A DNA stretch of 64,000 nucleotides, from contig CAVYXJ010000012.1 in assembly GCA_963772455.1 (NCBI GenBank), positions 64,001 to 128,000 of the forward strand, written 5' to 3'. Both the position numbers and the translations under genes were made by a program. The notes under the pieces were generated by a model. The model searched no databases and was not told the origin of the DNA. It worked only from the letters and a program-made list of their open reading frames with translations. Below, piece after piece: positions 42,349-51,776 of the stretch (position 1 is its first letter; the number at the start of each line of letters is the position of its first letter). The DNA is from Candidatus Bathyarchaeota archaeon. GTDB taxonomy: Archaea; Thermoproteota; Bathyarchaeia; Bathyarchaeales; Bathycorpusculaceae.

Positions 42349-43158
42349 ATGGGATGTATAAACAAGGGTTTCTCTTTACTTCTTGTCGTTATCTTAGCGG
42401 TCTCAAGCCTAATGATGGTTGAATCTGCGTTTGCTCAGTCAATACCTAAACCATCCGTACCAGAATTTACTGTAAAAGTTATTGATCGCTCTTACGATGA
42501 ACCAATAAGTTACTACACCGACCCATATACTGGAAAAACCAAAACTTATCAAGGCTATCACGTAGAGAACAAAACAATTGAAATTAAAATAAAAAACCAA
42601 CAATTCAACAATTATGATAGTGCAAGTGGAAAAACTCTAAGCCTATACTACAATATAAGTGCAAAAGGACACTTTGGCGATGATTGGATGTACTACCCTA
42701 AAAATAATCAAGCTTATTCAGCTTCTGGCTCGCCTTACACAACCCTTACTTTTCTTACTAGGGGGTCTTCAAATGGCGGTGACCTTATACCTGCACCATG
42801 GGGCGGTGATATAGACGTCCAAGTACAAGCTTTGATAGGCTATTATTACACCGAGTTTGTCCCAGACAAATTCTTTGGAAGCTATGTTACAAAGTTTGTT
42901 GGTCAAAAAAGCGAATGGAGTAATATACAAACAATAACCATACCTACTAGCTCTGTTTCTAACTCTACACCAAACCCGACATCATCAACGAATCCAACAA
43001 CAGCTCCAACTTCAACCCCAACTACAACTAACTTAACAGGCAATCCAATTTCTGTACCTTTGAATACATTAATCGTGGTTATTGCAATCTTTCTAGCGAT
43101 TATTGTTGTTTTGTCATTGCTGCTTTTCAGAAAGCATCAAAAAAACCCTCCAAAATAA
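42349..43158 (+). CDS. Secreted, membrane-anchored surface protein
   Basis: Signal peptide, AQSIPKPSVPEFTV start, WSNIQTITI, PT linker, C-terminal TM and basic tail. Confidence 0.8.
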   Translation: MGCINKGFSLLLVVILAVSSLMMVESAFAQSIPKPSVPEFTVKVIDRSYDEPISYYTDPYTGKTKTYQGYHVENKTIEIKIKNQQFNNYDSASGKTLSLYYNISAKGHFGDDWMYYPKNNQAYSASGSPYTTLTFLTRGSSNGGDLIPAPWGGDIDVQVQALIGYYYTEFVPDKFFGSYVTKFVGQKSEWSNIQTITIPTSSVSNSTPNPTSSTNPTTAPTSTPTTTNLTGNPISVPLNTLIVVIAIFLAIIVVLSLLLFRKHQKNPPK

Positions 43159-43367
43159 ATCCTATGTTTTAAGAAGAAAGCATAAACTAAATTTGTAATG
43201 GAAACCTCGATAGACTTAACAATATTGCGAATATTCTTTCGCATAACAGCCTTATATTTTGCGAATTCTGTTTCACTAATAGCGTTGATGGCCTTCTCAA
43301 AAACGAATAAAGACCTTACAGTAACATCTCTAAACAACCCTAAAAAAAACATTGAGGTCAATTAAAA

Positions 43368-44318
43368 ATGCAAATAAGATCTTTCATCAAATCTCACCCA
43401 ATATCATTTATGATGATAGCTGCAACAATCGCAGTCGCTATTGCTTTACTTGCCGCACCGGCAGACTCAGCTTCTACAAATCTATGTAGTCCATGCCATC
43501 CAGGTTTGTTATCAACCACCTACAATCAGCAATTAGACATAGTTGAAGGAAACAGCCAAAACCAAATACCTACTAACATTCAAGTAGGCCAAACCCAAAC
43601 CGTCACAGTAGCTATCCAAAACATCAATGACGCTGCCAAGTACAATCAACTAACGAGTGTCGCGCTAACACTAAGTTCACAAAACGGACACTTTTCAGTA
43701 AATACACCAACCTTCAACATTGCCACCCTATCAACTGGCACATCAATAGCAACTTGGCAAATAACCGGAGTTTCAGCAGGACCAGATTCACTCTTAATTT
43801 CTGCATCGGCTTCAAATACTCACAACAACCTAAAGTTCTCAGACAGCTACTCGCCAAATCCATCCATAACTATTGTTTCAGCCCCAACTCCAACGCCAGT
43901 TCCAACCGCACTCCCAACAGCTACACCAACTCCTCAAATAACACCAAGCCCAACCCCAATACCTTCAGCAACTGATTCACCTACCCCAACTCCAACAGCC
44001 TCTTCAACTCAAACCCCAAACGCAACTCCAACTCCCTCAACAACAATGACACCTACACCCAGCCAAAACACAAATCCCACACCTACTCCAACCCCAAAAG
44101 CATCTCAAACAACTAGCTCAACCCCCGACCCCACACCAAAAACTCAGTCTGAATCAGATGACGAAACACAACCAAATAAAGAACAAGTTCCAAACCCTTC
44201 AACCCCAAAATCCCCCAGCCACTCAAAGCCCTGGGGCGATTTCCATCACCGATTCTACTTCTTCAATCATATGCATACATTATTCAGATGGTTTCCACAT
44301 TGGGGAGTTGGCTATTAA
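43368..44318 (+). CDS. Secreted protein with a CxxCH motif, Ig-like domain and Pro/Thr-rich stalk (putative monoheme cytochrome c)
   Basis: Signal peptide then LCSPCHPG; beta-rich domain; PTPTP repeats; His/aromatic C-terminus. Confidence 0.7.
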   Translation: MQIRSFIKSHPISFMMIAATIAVAIALLAAPADSASTNLCSPCHPGLLSTTYNQQLDIVEGNSQNQIPTNIQVGQTQTVTVAIQNINDAAKYNQLTSVALTLSSQNGHFSVNTPTFNIATLSTGTSIATWQITGVSAGPDSLLISASASNTHNNLKFSDSYSPNPSITIVSAPTPTPVPTALPTATPTPQITPSPTPIPSATDSPTPTPTASSTQTPNATPTPSTTMTPTPSQNTNPTPTPTPKASQTTSSTPDPTPKTQSESDDETQPNKEQVPNPSTPKSPSHSKPWGDFHHRFYFFNHMHTLFRWFPHWGVGY

Positions 44319-44393
44319 CAACCCTTATTTTCTTTTAGATAAATGAAAAAAAGTTTCTACTTAATAAGAAATGAGAAGGAACTCTGGTTATTA

Positions 44394-44627
44394 TCAATCC
44401 TGTATTACCATAAGAGTCAGGGAGCTATTTACGCCAGCTATGGATTTAATTTGTGATCTAGTTATTTCCTTAATTTGGTCTATTGATCGAGCTTTAATTT
44501 TGATTAAAAGATCGTAAACCCCTAAGAGGGCGTGTGCTTCTTCAACACCATCTACAAGTTTTAGGCTTTCTAATATTTTATCTTGGGTACCTGAATCAGT
44601 ATTTAATAAAACAACTGCAGAAATCAT
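44394..44627 (-). CDS. Stand-alone Lrp/AsnC ligand-binding domain
   Basis: VEEAHALLGVYDLLIKI...IAGVNSSLTL. Confidence 0.88.
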   Translation of the reverse strand: MISAVVLLNTDSGTQDKILESLKLVDGVEEAHALLGVYDLLIKIKARSIDQIKEITRSQIKSIAGVNSSLTLMVIQD

Positions 44628-44739
44628 ATCTTAATCCTCGCTATTTCGAGATTATCTTGAAACGGAATAATTAAGATGTGTTGTTGCGCAGGTGAAACCA
44701 CAAAGCGTTAACTATGCCAAAAAAAAGAAAAGATGTATT

Positions 44740-44913
44740 TTAGAGAGGTTCTGGTGCGCATAGGTTTTCTGCTTTGGCAGCTGTTCGCATGCAACCTTTG
44801 CAGATGTATTTCGCATCTTTAACAAGTGGCTTTATCTTTTCTATGGGTACTTTTTCCTCTACCATTTTGCAGAGGTGTTTTGCATGACCTGGATGAGGTT
44901 GATCTTTCGACAA
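44740..44913 (-). CDS. Small His/Cys metal-binding protein, 57 aa (not in ORF track)
   Basis: MSKDQPHPGHAKHLCKMVEEKVPIEKIKPLVKDAKYICKGCMRTAAKAENLCAPEPL; TTG start, AGGTG RBS. Confidence 0.8.
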   Translation of the reverse strand: MSKDQPHPGHAKHLCKMVEEKVPIEKIKPLVKDAKYICKGCMRTAAKAENLCAPEPL

Positions 44914-45043
44914 AATTTACACCTAAACAAATAGAGCAGCAATACTACATATAGAGATGTGATTGCCCAGTCACACCCACAGGAATTTTGTAGGAATCTG
45001 TTTTTTCCTTAGAAGGGAAATCTTTCGAAATGTTATAGGTGAA

Positions 45044-45313
45044 TTACTTTAGAATTAGGTGACCTGTGTGGTTTGATTTAGGCTTGTAAACTATAATTTG
45101 ATTTTGTTCTTCCACTACCGCTAAATCATGTTTCTTTGTAATTCCTTTAATGTATTGCCTGCAATCATTGTCCATAATTGCTTTTATTCTAATTTTGTAG
45201 CCAGTCGATAGCGCATCTTCGGGGATTGGCTCCAATAGAATAAATGAATTTGAATCTAATTTGCATTCAGATAATAATGTCTTAAGGAACGTGCTTGCTT
45301 CTTGTTTGTTCAT
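45044..45313 (-). CDS. Small hypothetical protein, probable paralog of 26381-26611
   Basis: Shared N-terminal pattern and similar length. Confidence 0.7.
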   Translation of the reverse strand: MNKQEASTFLKTLLSECKLDSNSFILLEPIPEDALSTGYKIRIKAIMDNDCRQYIKGITKKHDLAVVEEQNQIIVYKPKSNHTGHLILK

Positions 45314-45815
45314 TAGAAAACGCTCAAAGTCAATAGTAGCGATAATAACTTAAAGATTTGGGATGTAAACCTGCGCGGAATAAAATTTATGACTTGACAG
45401 ATTAGAACGGACTTCCTTGACCGCAAGGTAAAACACAAAAAATAGAACTATAACTCCCAACCTACATCCCATCCTGCATCCAGAAATTAAAGAAATAATC
45501 TGCAACAAAAGAAAAGAAGGCTGGAATGTGTATTCGCTGGATACCACAAGAATTGTTAGAGTCCTATGTTCTTTTGACTGTAATAACAATATTTTCAGCG
45601 TCATCTTTTCTTGTAGAAGGTTTGCGATTAAGAAAAAAGATGAAGAACTAAACCTTTTTTGGTTAAACATAGTCTGATAAGCCAAGTAATTTCATTAATT
45701 CCTCTTCTGTAGCTGTCTGAAGAAAAGTATCTATGTTTTTTTGTCTAACGTGTTAGCGCTTGAGTATAACTTAAAACAATGTTGTCTTAAAATGAAGCAA
45801 CAAGCTTATGTAAAA

Positions 45816-46340
45816 TTAAATTATCTTAAATCCATGCAGAACATGTATCAAAATGATAAGATAAAACACCATAACCAAACTCGCGTGAATAAATTTTACA
45901 GTCTTTAAACTAATCGTTCTATCGCCTATTTTTCTTTGAGATGCAAATCGTTGAGTAAAACCAAAGGCTATTTGCAGGCTCATAGCGCCAAACATTGCAA
46001 GACCAGTGCCTAAATCTGGAAGGGTGGACCTTGATATTTGAGAGGAAAAATGATAAACTATTAAGGTAAAGAAGACTAGATTGCCAATAATGTGGAAACG
46101 TATAATTTTCGTCCAAGAAGCAGGATAAGAACGTTTCATCACAGTAAACAGAGGAGTCGCTACTGCAATTCCAATTGTTCCAATAATTGAGAGCATATGC
46201 GAAAAACGCATGTTTAAAATGACCATGTTGACTATAAGAGTATGATTATAAATTATAGCTGACAAAGCGATTGCAACTATTATAATTGATAAAGCACTCA
46301 AAAAATCGATATGCTTACCAATATTCATAAAACTCTCCAA
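45816..46340 (-). CDS. Multi-TM protein with intramembrane His (possible heme-b binding)
   Basis: RFHIIG, VYHF, FIHAS, LIHVLH in TM segments. Confidence 0.6.
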   Translation of the reverse strand: MESFMNIGKHIDFLSALSIIIVAIALSAIIYNHTLIVNMVILNMRFSHMLSIIGTIGIAVATPLFTVMKRSYPASWTKIIRFHIIGNLVFFTLIVYHFSSQISRSTLPDLGTGLAMFGAMSLQIAFGFTQRFASQRKIGDRTISLKTVKFIHASLVMVFYLIILIHVLHGFKII

Positions 46341-46513
46341 ATATTGATAACCTGACTAGCTATTTAAAACAATGTTATAATTGCTTGTGCCAGTCGTTTA
46401 CCAATGAGCCATGCAGCCCCAACATGATCAATTTGTTTGACAATTACGGAAAAAATTCATTAGAAACTCTATGTTAACTTAATGTTTAGAAGCTATTTTC
46501 AGAAGGTTAGAAA

Positions 46514-47254
46514 ATGAGTGAAACTATTGGAGACGATTATCAAACAAAGACAAAATACTTACGCAACAAAAGCCTTGGAGGCAACCTCGACTGGACAAAT
46601 AAGCCTGAAATCTACAAAAACTACCCTTCCAGCAAAACCATACTGCTATCAAGTCAATTCCAAGAATCAACTATTAGCTTTGCTCAAATTCTCAAAAAAC
46701 GAAAAAGCATACGAACCTTCTCAGCGAAACCTTTAAGCAAAGTTGATTTAGCTTTTCTTCTTTGGACCTCAACTGGCATCCAAAGAACCGAACATGGCTA
46801 CGAGTTTCGTACCTCCCCGTCAGCTGGCGCATTATACCCAATTGAAACCTACATAGCTGCGAATAATGTAGAAGATATCGAGAAAGGACTTTATCACTAC
46901 AATATAAAGAACCATTTGTTGGAAGAAATAGAACTTGGAAACTTTGGCGACAAATTAGCTCACGCAGCCTTGGACCAACAGATGTGTGCAGACGCATCAG
47001 TTATCTTTATTTGGACAGCTATTTTTAGAAGATCAAAATGGAAATATTCACAAAGAGCCTACAGATACATCTACTTAGATGCTGGACACATAGCACAAAA
47101 CCTATCCTTGGCTGCAACAACCAACAACTTAGGATCCTGTGAATGCGGAGCTTTTTTCGATGAAGAACTAAATTCAATCATAGGTATAGATGGAACTAAC
47201 GAGAGCACAATTTGTCTTAGCGTAGTTGGACACCCAAAATTCCCTCAAGAATGA
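46514..47254 (+). CDS. SagB/ThcOx-type nitroreductase family protein
   Basis: KRKSIRTF, RTSPSAGALYPIE, YLDAGHIAQN. Confidence 0.9.
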   Translation: MSETIGDDYQTKTKYLRNKSLGGNLDWTNKPEIYKNYPSSKTILLSSQFQESTISFAQILKKRKSIRTFSAKPLSKVDLAFLLWTSTGIQRTEHGYEFRTSPSAGALYPIETYIAANNVEDIEKGLYHYNIKNHLLEEIELGNFGDKLAHAALDQQMCADASVIFIWTAIFRRSKWKYSQRAYRYIYLDAGHIAQNLSLAATTNNLGSCECGAFFDEELNSIIGIDGTNESTICLSVVGHPKFPQE

Positions 47255-47298
47255 CATTTCAATATTTTCTGATGTTTTTACTACGTAGAGGAATTTCC

Positions 47299-47508
47299 TT
47301 AAGAATCAAAATTCATACGTAGAAACCTATGTTTGCATTTATTGTCTTTACAGCCAAATAATAGTAAGTTAGGATTTCCAAGGTTGGTTGTCAAGATTTC
47401 AGTTTTTGAATTACAGTTTTCACATCGTTCGGCTCGAACTTGATCGTTTGATAATTTGCCTTTGAGTAGTAAAACACTCCAAGATTTCTCTTTGAACGAA
47501 TTATACAA
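47299..47508 (-). CDS. Small Zn-ribbon-like protein
   Basis: CENC...CKDNKC. Confidence 0.45.
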   Translation of the reverse strand: MYNSFKEKSWSVLLLKGKLSNDQVRAERCENCNSKTEILTTNLGNPNLLLFGCKDNKCKHRFLRMNFDS

Positions 47509-47593
47509 AATAAATTATCCTTCTGGAAAAATTTACCAATTTAGAACGTATTTTTCCAATTCAAAATAAACGTTTGCTACTTAAATTTATTTG

Positions 47594-47609
47594 TGATTGT
47601 ATACAATCA
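47594..47609. promoter_or_regulatory. Perfect 16-bp palindrome in a divergent intergenic region
   Basis: TGATTGTATACAATCA. Confidence 0.45.
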
Positions 47610-47823
47610 ACAACAATTAATGGGAATATAATTCATCAAGTAAGCGGTAACTGTATCAAATAATCATATGTGACCTTAAAACCGTTATTGATTATATTAA
47701 ATATTAAATTTTAAAAGGCAAGGTTCTGTTTTCAAGTATTTATTTTAGATAAGTAGGTTGCTTTCATAAGTTAGTTAAATACCATCAGCCTTCTGGTTTG
47801 TCAATGAATTGGGAGGAAAATGT

Positions 47824-48003
47824 ATGAAACAATTTGCCGAAAAAGATAGAAAAGAATTAGAAGCAAAATTAGCAAACGTTTTTGATGACGAAATCAATAG
47901 TTTGTCGACAGAATTGCGTGAAATACTCCTAGATGACATGGTTACAGCCCTCGAAAATAGATTAAATGTGTTAAACAAAGCTACAAGAAAGAGCGCCAAT
48001 TAA
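47824..48003 (+). CDS. Small helical hypothetical protein
   Basis: GGAGG RBS before ATG; ELREILLDDMVTALENRL. Confidence 0.7.
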   Translation: MKQFAEKDRKELEAKLANVFDDEINSLSTELREILLDDMVTALENRLNVLNKATRKSAN

Positions 48004-48091
48004 TGGCTAACATGGTCAAAACCGCTAATTATCAATACATAAATCATTTATAATAAAACGAATCATTTACACAAAAAAGAGGAATACAAAA

Positions 48092-48385
48092 GTGCGTCGG
48101 TCAAAACTTGAAATGTATGTCGATATCTTAACAGTGCTTTCCCATCGAGGACCTCTTAAGTTGACTCATATTATGTATAAAGCAAATGTTAACTGCAGCG
48201 TCCTCAAAGAATACTTAGAGTTTCTTATAAAACAAAGCTTGGTTGAAGAACGCACCGTTGGAAAGGCTCGCGTGGTTTTCGCGGTTACGCAACGCGGCAT
48301 TACGGTATTAAAGTACTTCAAGGAATTAAAAGAAGTCTTGCCTATTGTAGAGGAAGCAAGAAACCAAACTCCAATTCTCTACTAA
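48092..48385 (+). CDS. Winged-helix transcription regulator (archaeal HTH_45-like)
   Basis: RRSKLEMYVDIL...THIMYKANVN...VTQRG. Confidence 0.88.
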   Translation: MRRSKLEMYVDILTVLSHRGPLKLTHIMYKANVNCSVLKEYLEFLIKQSLVEERTVGKARVVFAVTQRGITVLKYFKELKEVLPIVEEARNQTPILY

Positions 48386-48579
48386 CCCAGGTTTAATTTT
48401 TTTAAACCTCATTATTCTTTAATCAAATATTTTTTTTCTTTTATTGTATTTAGGTTTTGTTCAGTTTGTACGTTTTTAGTTAGTTAGCCAAAATCAGTAC
48501 TGCAATGTCGCAAGACTTAATAAACTCACGAGCTTAAATTAACGAAGTGTACACACGAAATACAACTCGGGGATAACGA

Positions 48580-48975
48580 TTGATTAAAAACGAACATTCA
48601 AATAAAAAACCTTCAACGATTTTAGAAAAAATAGAAGAAACCCTCGAGAGGCTCAATGACAAAGTGGAAATAATGATCGAAATCCAAAAAAACGGCAACG
48701 GAAACTCCAACTATCAAAAAACATCCCTTCCATCATTACCTGAAGCATCACTAGACGTAATGACACTTCTATCCATGCCTGACCACTTACGAAAAACAGC
48801 AATGTCAATTTGCAGATGCACCCGAGCAACTGCTGAAGAGATCTCTGAACAAACTAAACGAGCTCGAGCTGTGGAAAGTGCATATCTTAATCAATTAGTT
48901 ACAATGGGATACTTAAAGAAAGAACGAAAAGGTAGGAAAGCATACTTTTTTATAGAAAGGGAAATTCAGAGTTGA
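48580..48975 (+). CDS. Coiled-coil plus C-terminal winged-helix DNA-binding protein
   Basis: ATAEEISEQTKRARAVESAYLNQLVTMGYLKKERKGRKAYF. Confidence 0.82.
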   Translation: MIKNEHSNKKPSTILEKIEETLERLNDKVEIMIEIQKNGNGNSNYQKTSLPSLPEASLDVMTLLSMPDHLRKTAMSICRCTRATAEEISEQTKRARAVESAYLNQLVTMGYLKKERKGRKAYFFIEREIQS

Positions 48976-48979
48976 AAAT

Positions 48980-49759
48980 ATGAGCAAAATTGTTGCAGTT
49001 CATTCATACAAAGGTGGAACGGGAAAAACCCTACTCTCAGTCAATTTGGCAGCTACATTTGCTAAGATGGGCAAAAAAGTTTGCATCTTTGACCTTGACT
49101 TTCGAGCTCCAAGCTTATTTGCAATCCTCAAAACCCCTAACACTGATTTCTGGTTCAATGATTACTTAAATAACACATGCGAAATCGACAAAACTCTAAT
49201 AGATTTAAGTAACAGGGTACCTGGAAACGGCAAATTCTTCACTGGGTTAGCAAATCCTTCAACAGAAGCAATACGAGACATATCATCAAAAGATCGCAAA
49301 TGGGAAATGCGTGCTTTAGGCCGCCTCCTAGCGCTTAGAGAATCAATGCTCAAAGAACAGAAATTTGACTACTTATTCTTTGATACAAGTCCTGGTCTAC
49401 AGTATTCATCAATTAACGCCATTGTAGCAGCTGACTTCGTGGTCGTGGCAACAACGGGAGATAGATCAGACGTTGACGGAACAAAACGCATGCTAGCTGA
49501 ACTATACAACTTATTCGAAAAGAAGACAGGCTTAGTCTTAAACAAAGTACTTGACACCTCCTTAGCTGCAAAGAAAACTGAAATGCAAAACAAAATTAAA
49601 AATGATTATCAAGTACCAATGCTTGGAATGGTGCCATGCTTCTGCGAAATTCTTAGAGCAGAAGGAAACCTGATTTTCGTCCAAGATAAACCAGACCATC
49701 CATTCACCAAGATTTTAGCTGAAATGGCTAGAAAAATAGACGATAACGAAGTAAACTAG
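48980..49759 (+). CDS. MinD/ParA-family ATPase
   Basis: Deviant Walker A KGGTGKT, DLDFRAP, DTSPG, LNKV. Confidence 0.9.
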   Translation: MSKIVAVHSYKGGTGKTLLSVNLAATFAKMGKKVCIFDLDFRAPSLFAILKTPNTDFWFNDYLNNTCEIDKTLIDLSNRVPGNGKFFTGLANPSTEAIRDISSKDRKWEMRALGRLLALRESMLKEQKFDYLFFDTSPGLQYSSINAIVAADFVVVATTGDRSDVDGTKRMLAELYNLFEKKTGLVLNKVLDTSLAAKKTEMQNKIKNDYQVPMLGMVPCFCEILRAEGNLIFVQDKPDHPFTKILAEMARKIDDNEVN

Positions 49760-49838
49760 CCTAATCATTTTATTTTTTTTACGAAAAAGCTTAAACTATA
49801 CGGCACGTGCTAGAATTTTGTAATTGGAGTTGAATTAA

Positions 49839-50498
49839 TTGAATAGATCAGCGATTATTTTGGCAAACGGTTCTTCAAAAGGATTCACAAGCGATAAAGG
49901 CATTTTAGAATTGGAAGGAAAACCTTTGCTTAACCATGTAATTGATGCTGTTGAAGGGCTTGTTGAAGAAATAATCGTTGTTACAAGTTCTCAAGACCAA
50001 GCAGATTCTTATTCAAACTTGGTTTCTTCTAACAAAGTCAAGTACGTCGTTAATGTTTCCAAACCCCAAGGAGCTTTAGTTGGTGCGTTAACAGGTTTTG
50101 AAGCGGCTAGTGGCGAATACTCTGCGCTATTAAGGTTTGATAATCCGTATATTTCCTCAGAAATCTTGTCTTTGCTTTTGGATTGTTGCATTGGGAAAGC
50201 AGCGGCTGTTCCAAGATGGACAGACCAAGAGATTGAACCCTTACACGCTGTTTATAACACAAAACAAGCAATTCAAGCGACAAAAGAAGCGTTGGCTGAA
50301 GATGGATCTGATATGCAAACTATGGTGGAGAAGTTGCGTGGAGTCCGCTATATTTCCACGATGGTGATTGAACAATTGGATCCTGATTTTAAGACCTTCT
50401 TTTACATAAACACACCTTTGGATCTTAGGAAGGCGGCTGTAATGGGTAAACCAAGAAAAACTTCAAAGACAAAGCAAACCAACATCAAAAAACGATAA
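49839..50498 (+). CDS. MobA-like molybdenum cofactor guanylyltransferase (divergent)
   Basis: IILANGSS..F..DKG, GALVG, DNP, EPLHAVY, FYINTPLDL. Confidence 0.78.
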   Translation: MNRSAIILANGSSKGFTSDKGILELEGKPLLNHVIDAVEGLVEEIIVVTSSQDQADSYSNLVSSNKVKYVVNVSKPQGALVGALTGFEAASGEYSALLRFDNPYISSEILSLLLDCCIGKAAAVPRWTDQEIEPLHAVYNTKQAIQATKEALAEDGSDMQTMVEKLRGVRYISTMVIEQLDPDFKTFFYINTPLDLRKAAVMGKPRKTSKTKQTNIKKR

Positions 50499-50803
50499 AC
50501 TTTTAAAGACTTTTCAAGATGGAGCATTAACTACATCTGCTTTCTCAATGAGACTTTACAGGTCAACAGCGATCTTCAATGGGGCTTTGCCTTTTAGAAA
50601 TGGCGTATAAAGTATAAACAAAAGAAATAAGAGAACGGTTAAAATTAACGCTGCCTAAGTCAAGCCTACTTTCACTTACAAAACTTCATATCGCCATTTG
50701 TAATTATTTTGTTGCAACTAACGTCGCATTTTAGCTTTATTGCTTCTGACATTTCTTTTAACCTTTATAACTTGTTTCCTGATCTATTTTAGACAATTTA
50801 AAC

Positions 50804-51747
50804 TTGGAAAGATCGAGAATGGTCACCTTAATTGGTTTAATTAGAACATTTATCGTATTGAATAATCCCTTTGCAGGCTTGCCGTATGAAAATAGGAAAG
50901 TACTAAAATTTAGAAGTGGCTGGCAACTGAACCTAACATATTCACAGTTCAGAGACTTTAGAGACAGCTATAGTGCTCTTAAAAATTATCGCGTTGAACA
51001 GGTGAACGAAAATCATTTTCAAGTCGATTTTAAGGTTTTCAAAATTATCAAGCAATCAAAAATCATTTGTTCAATCGCTGATCTATTAAAAAAACATCAA
51101 ATCAGCCAGATTGAAGAAGATGTATTTAGAATTAAAGGTGACAAGTTTGAACTAGAAGGCACATCTTACATGTTTCTTGTATTAGCAGAACAACTAAAAG
51201 GAGACTACAAGGGCAATTATAACGACAAAGTAGTATTGGATGTTGGCGGTTTTCAAGGAGAAACAGCTGTTCTATTTTCATTAGCAGGAGCAAAAAAAGT
51301 CATTATTTACGAGCCAGTACCAGAAAATCATAGATTCATTAAAAAAAATGTTGAGCTAAACCATGTTAATGCAGAAATCCATGAAGCAGGGATAGGCTGT
51401 GAAGATACTATCATTAAGGTAAACCCTGAACAAGCCGACGATAACTTTGGATTTTCCCCAACGAACCAAAAATTTGACATGAAAATAAATAGCATATCTC
51501 AGATTATATCTTCAAGCGAAGCCGATGTAGCTAAAATTGATTGTGAAGGTGCAGAAATATGTTTAAAGACTGTAACAAAAGAAGTTTTAGAAAAGATTCC
51601 ATGCTACATTATTGAACTTCATGGAGAAGAGGTTAGAAATGAACTGACTGAAAAATTTCTTTCAGCAGGATTTAGAATCACAAACACAAAAAATAGCAGT
51701 TTAATTTGTCAGTAATTACTTTTCTAAAACAAGGAGACAAAACATAA
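50804..51747 (+). CDS. FkbM-family SAM methyltransferase; probable frameshift near 51708
   Basis: VLDVGGFQGET, YEP, KIDCEGAE, IELH; the shifted frame continues SVITFLKQ. Confidence 0.8.
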
Positions 51748-51776
51748 CTTATTAAAAACAACATAAATACGAGAAA

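Noticed and set aside
43880-44140. C/A-rich repetitive DNA as a tandem repeat or CRISPR array (also 28800-28950)
   Set aside because: It encodes Pro/Thr-rich linkers; there is no constant repeat-spacer structure
45350-45685. 111-aa ORF
   Set aside because: No motif or RBS; may be a decayed fragment
38889-47254. Integrated element at tRNA-Gly
   Set aside because: No integrase and no clear duplicate of the tRNA 3' end seen in the window
46514-47254. SagB-like gene as a RiPP cluster
   Set aside because: No YcaO or precursor nearby; stand-alone members are common in anaerobes
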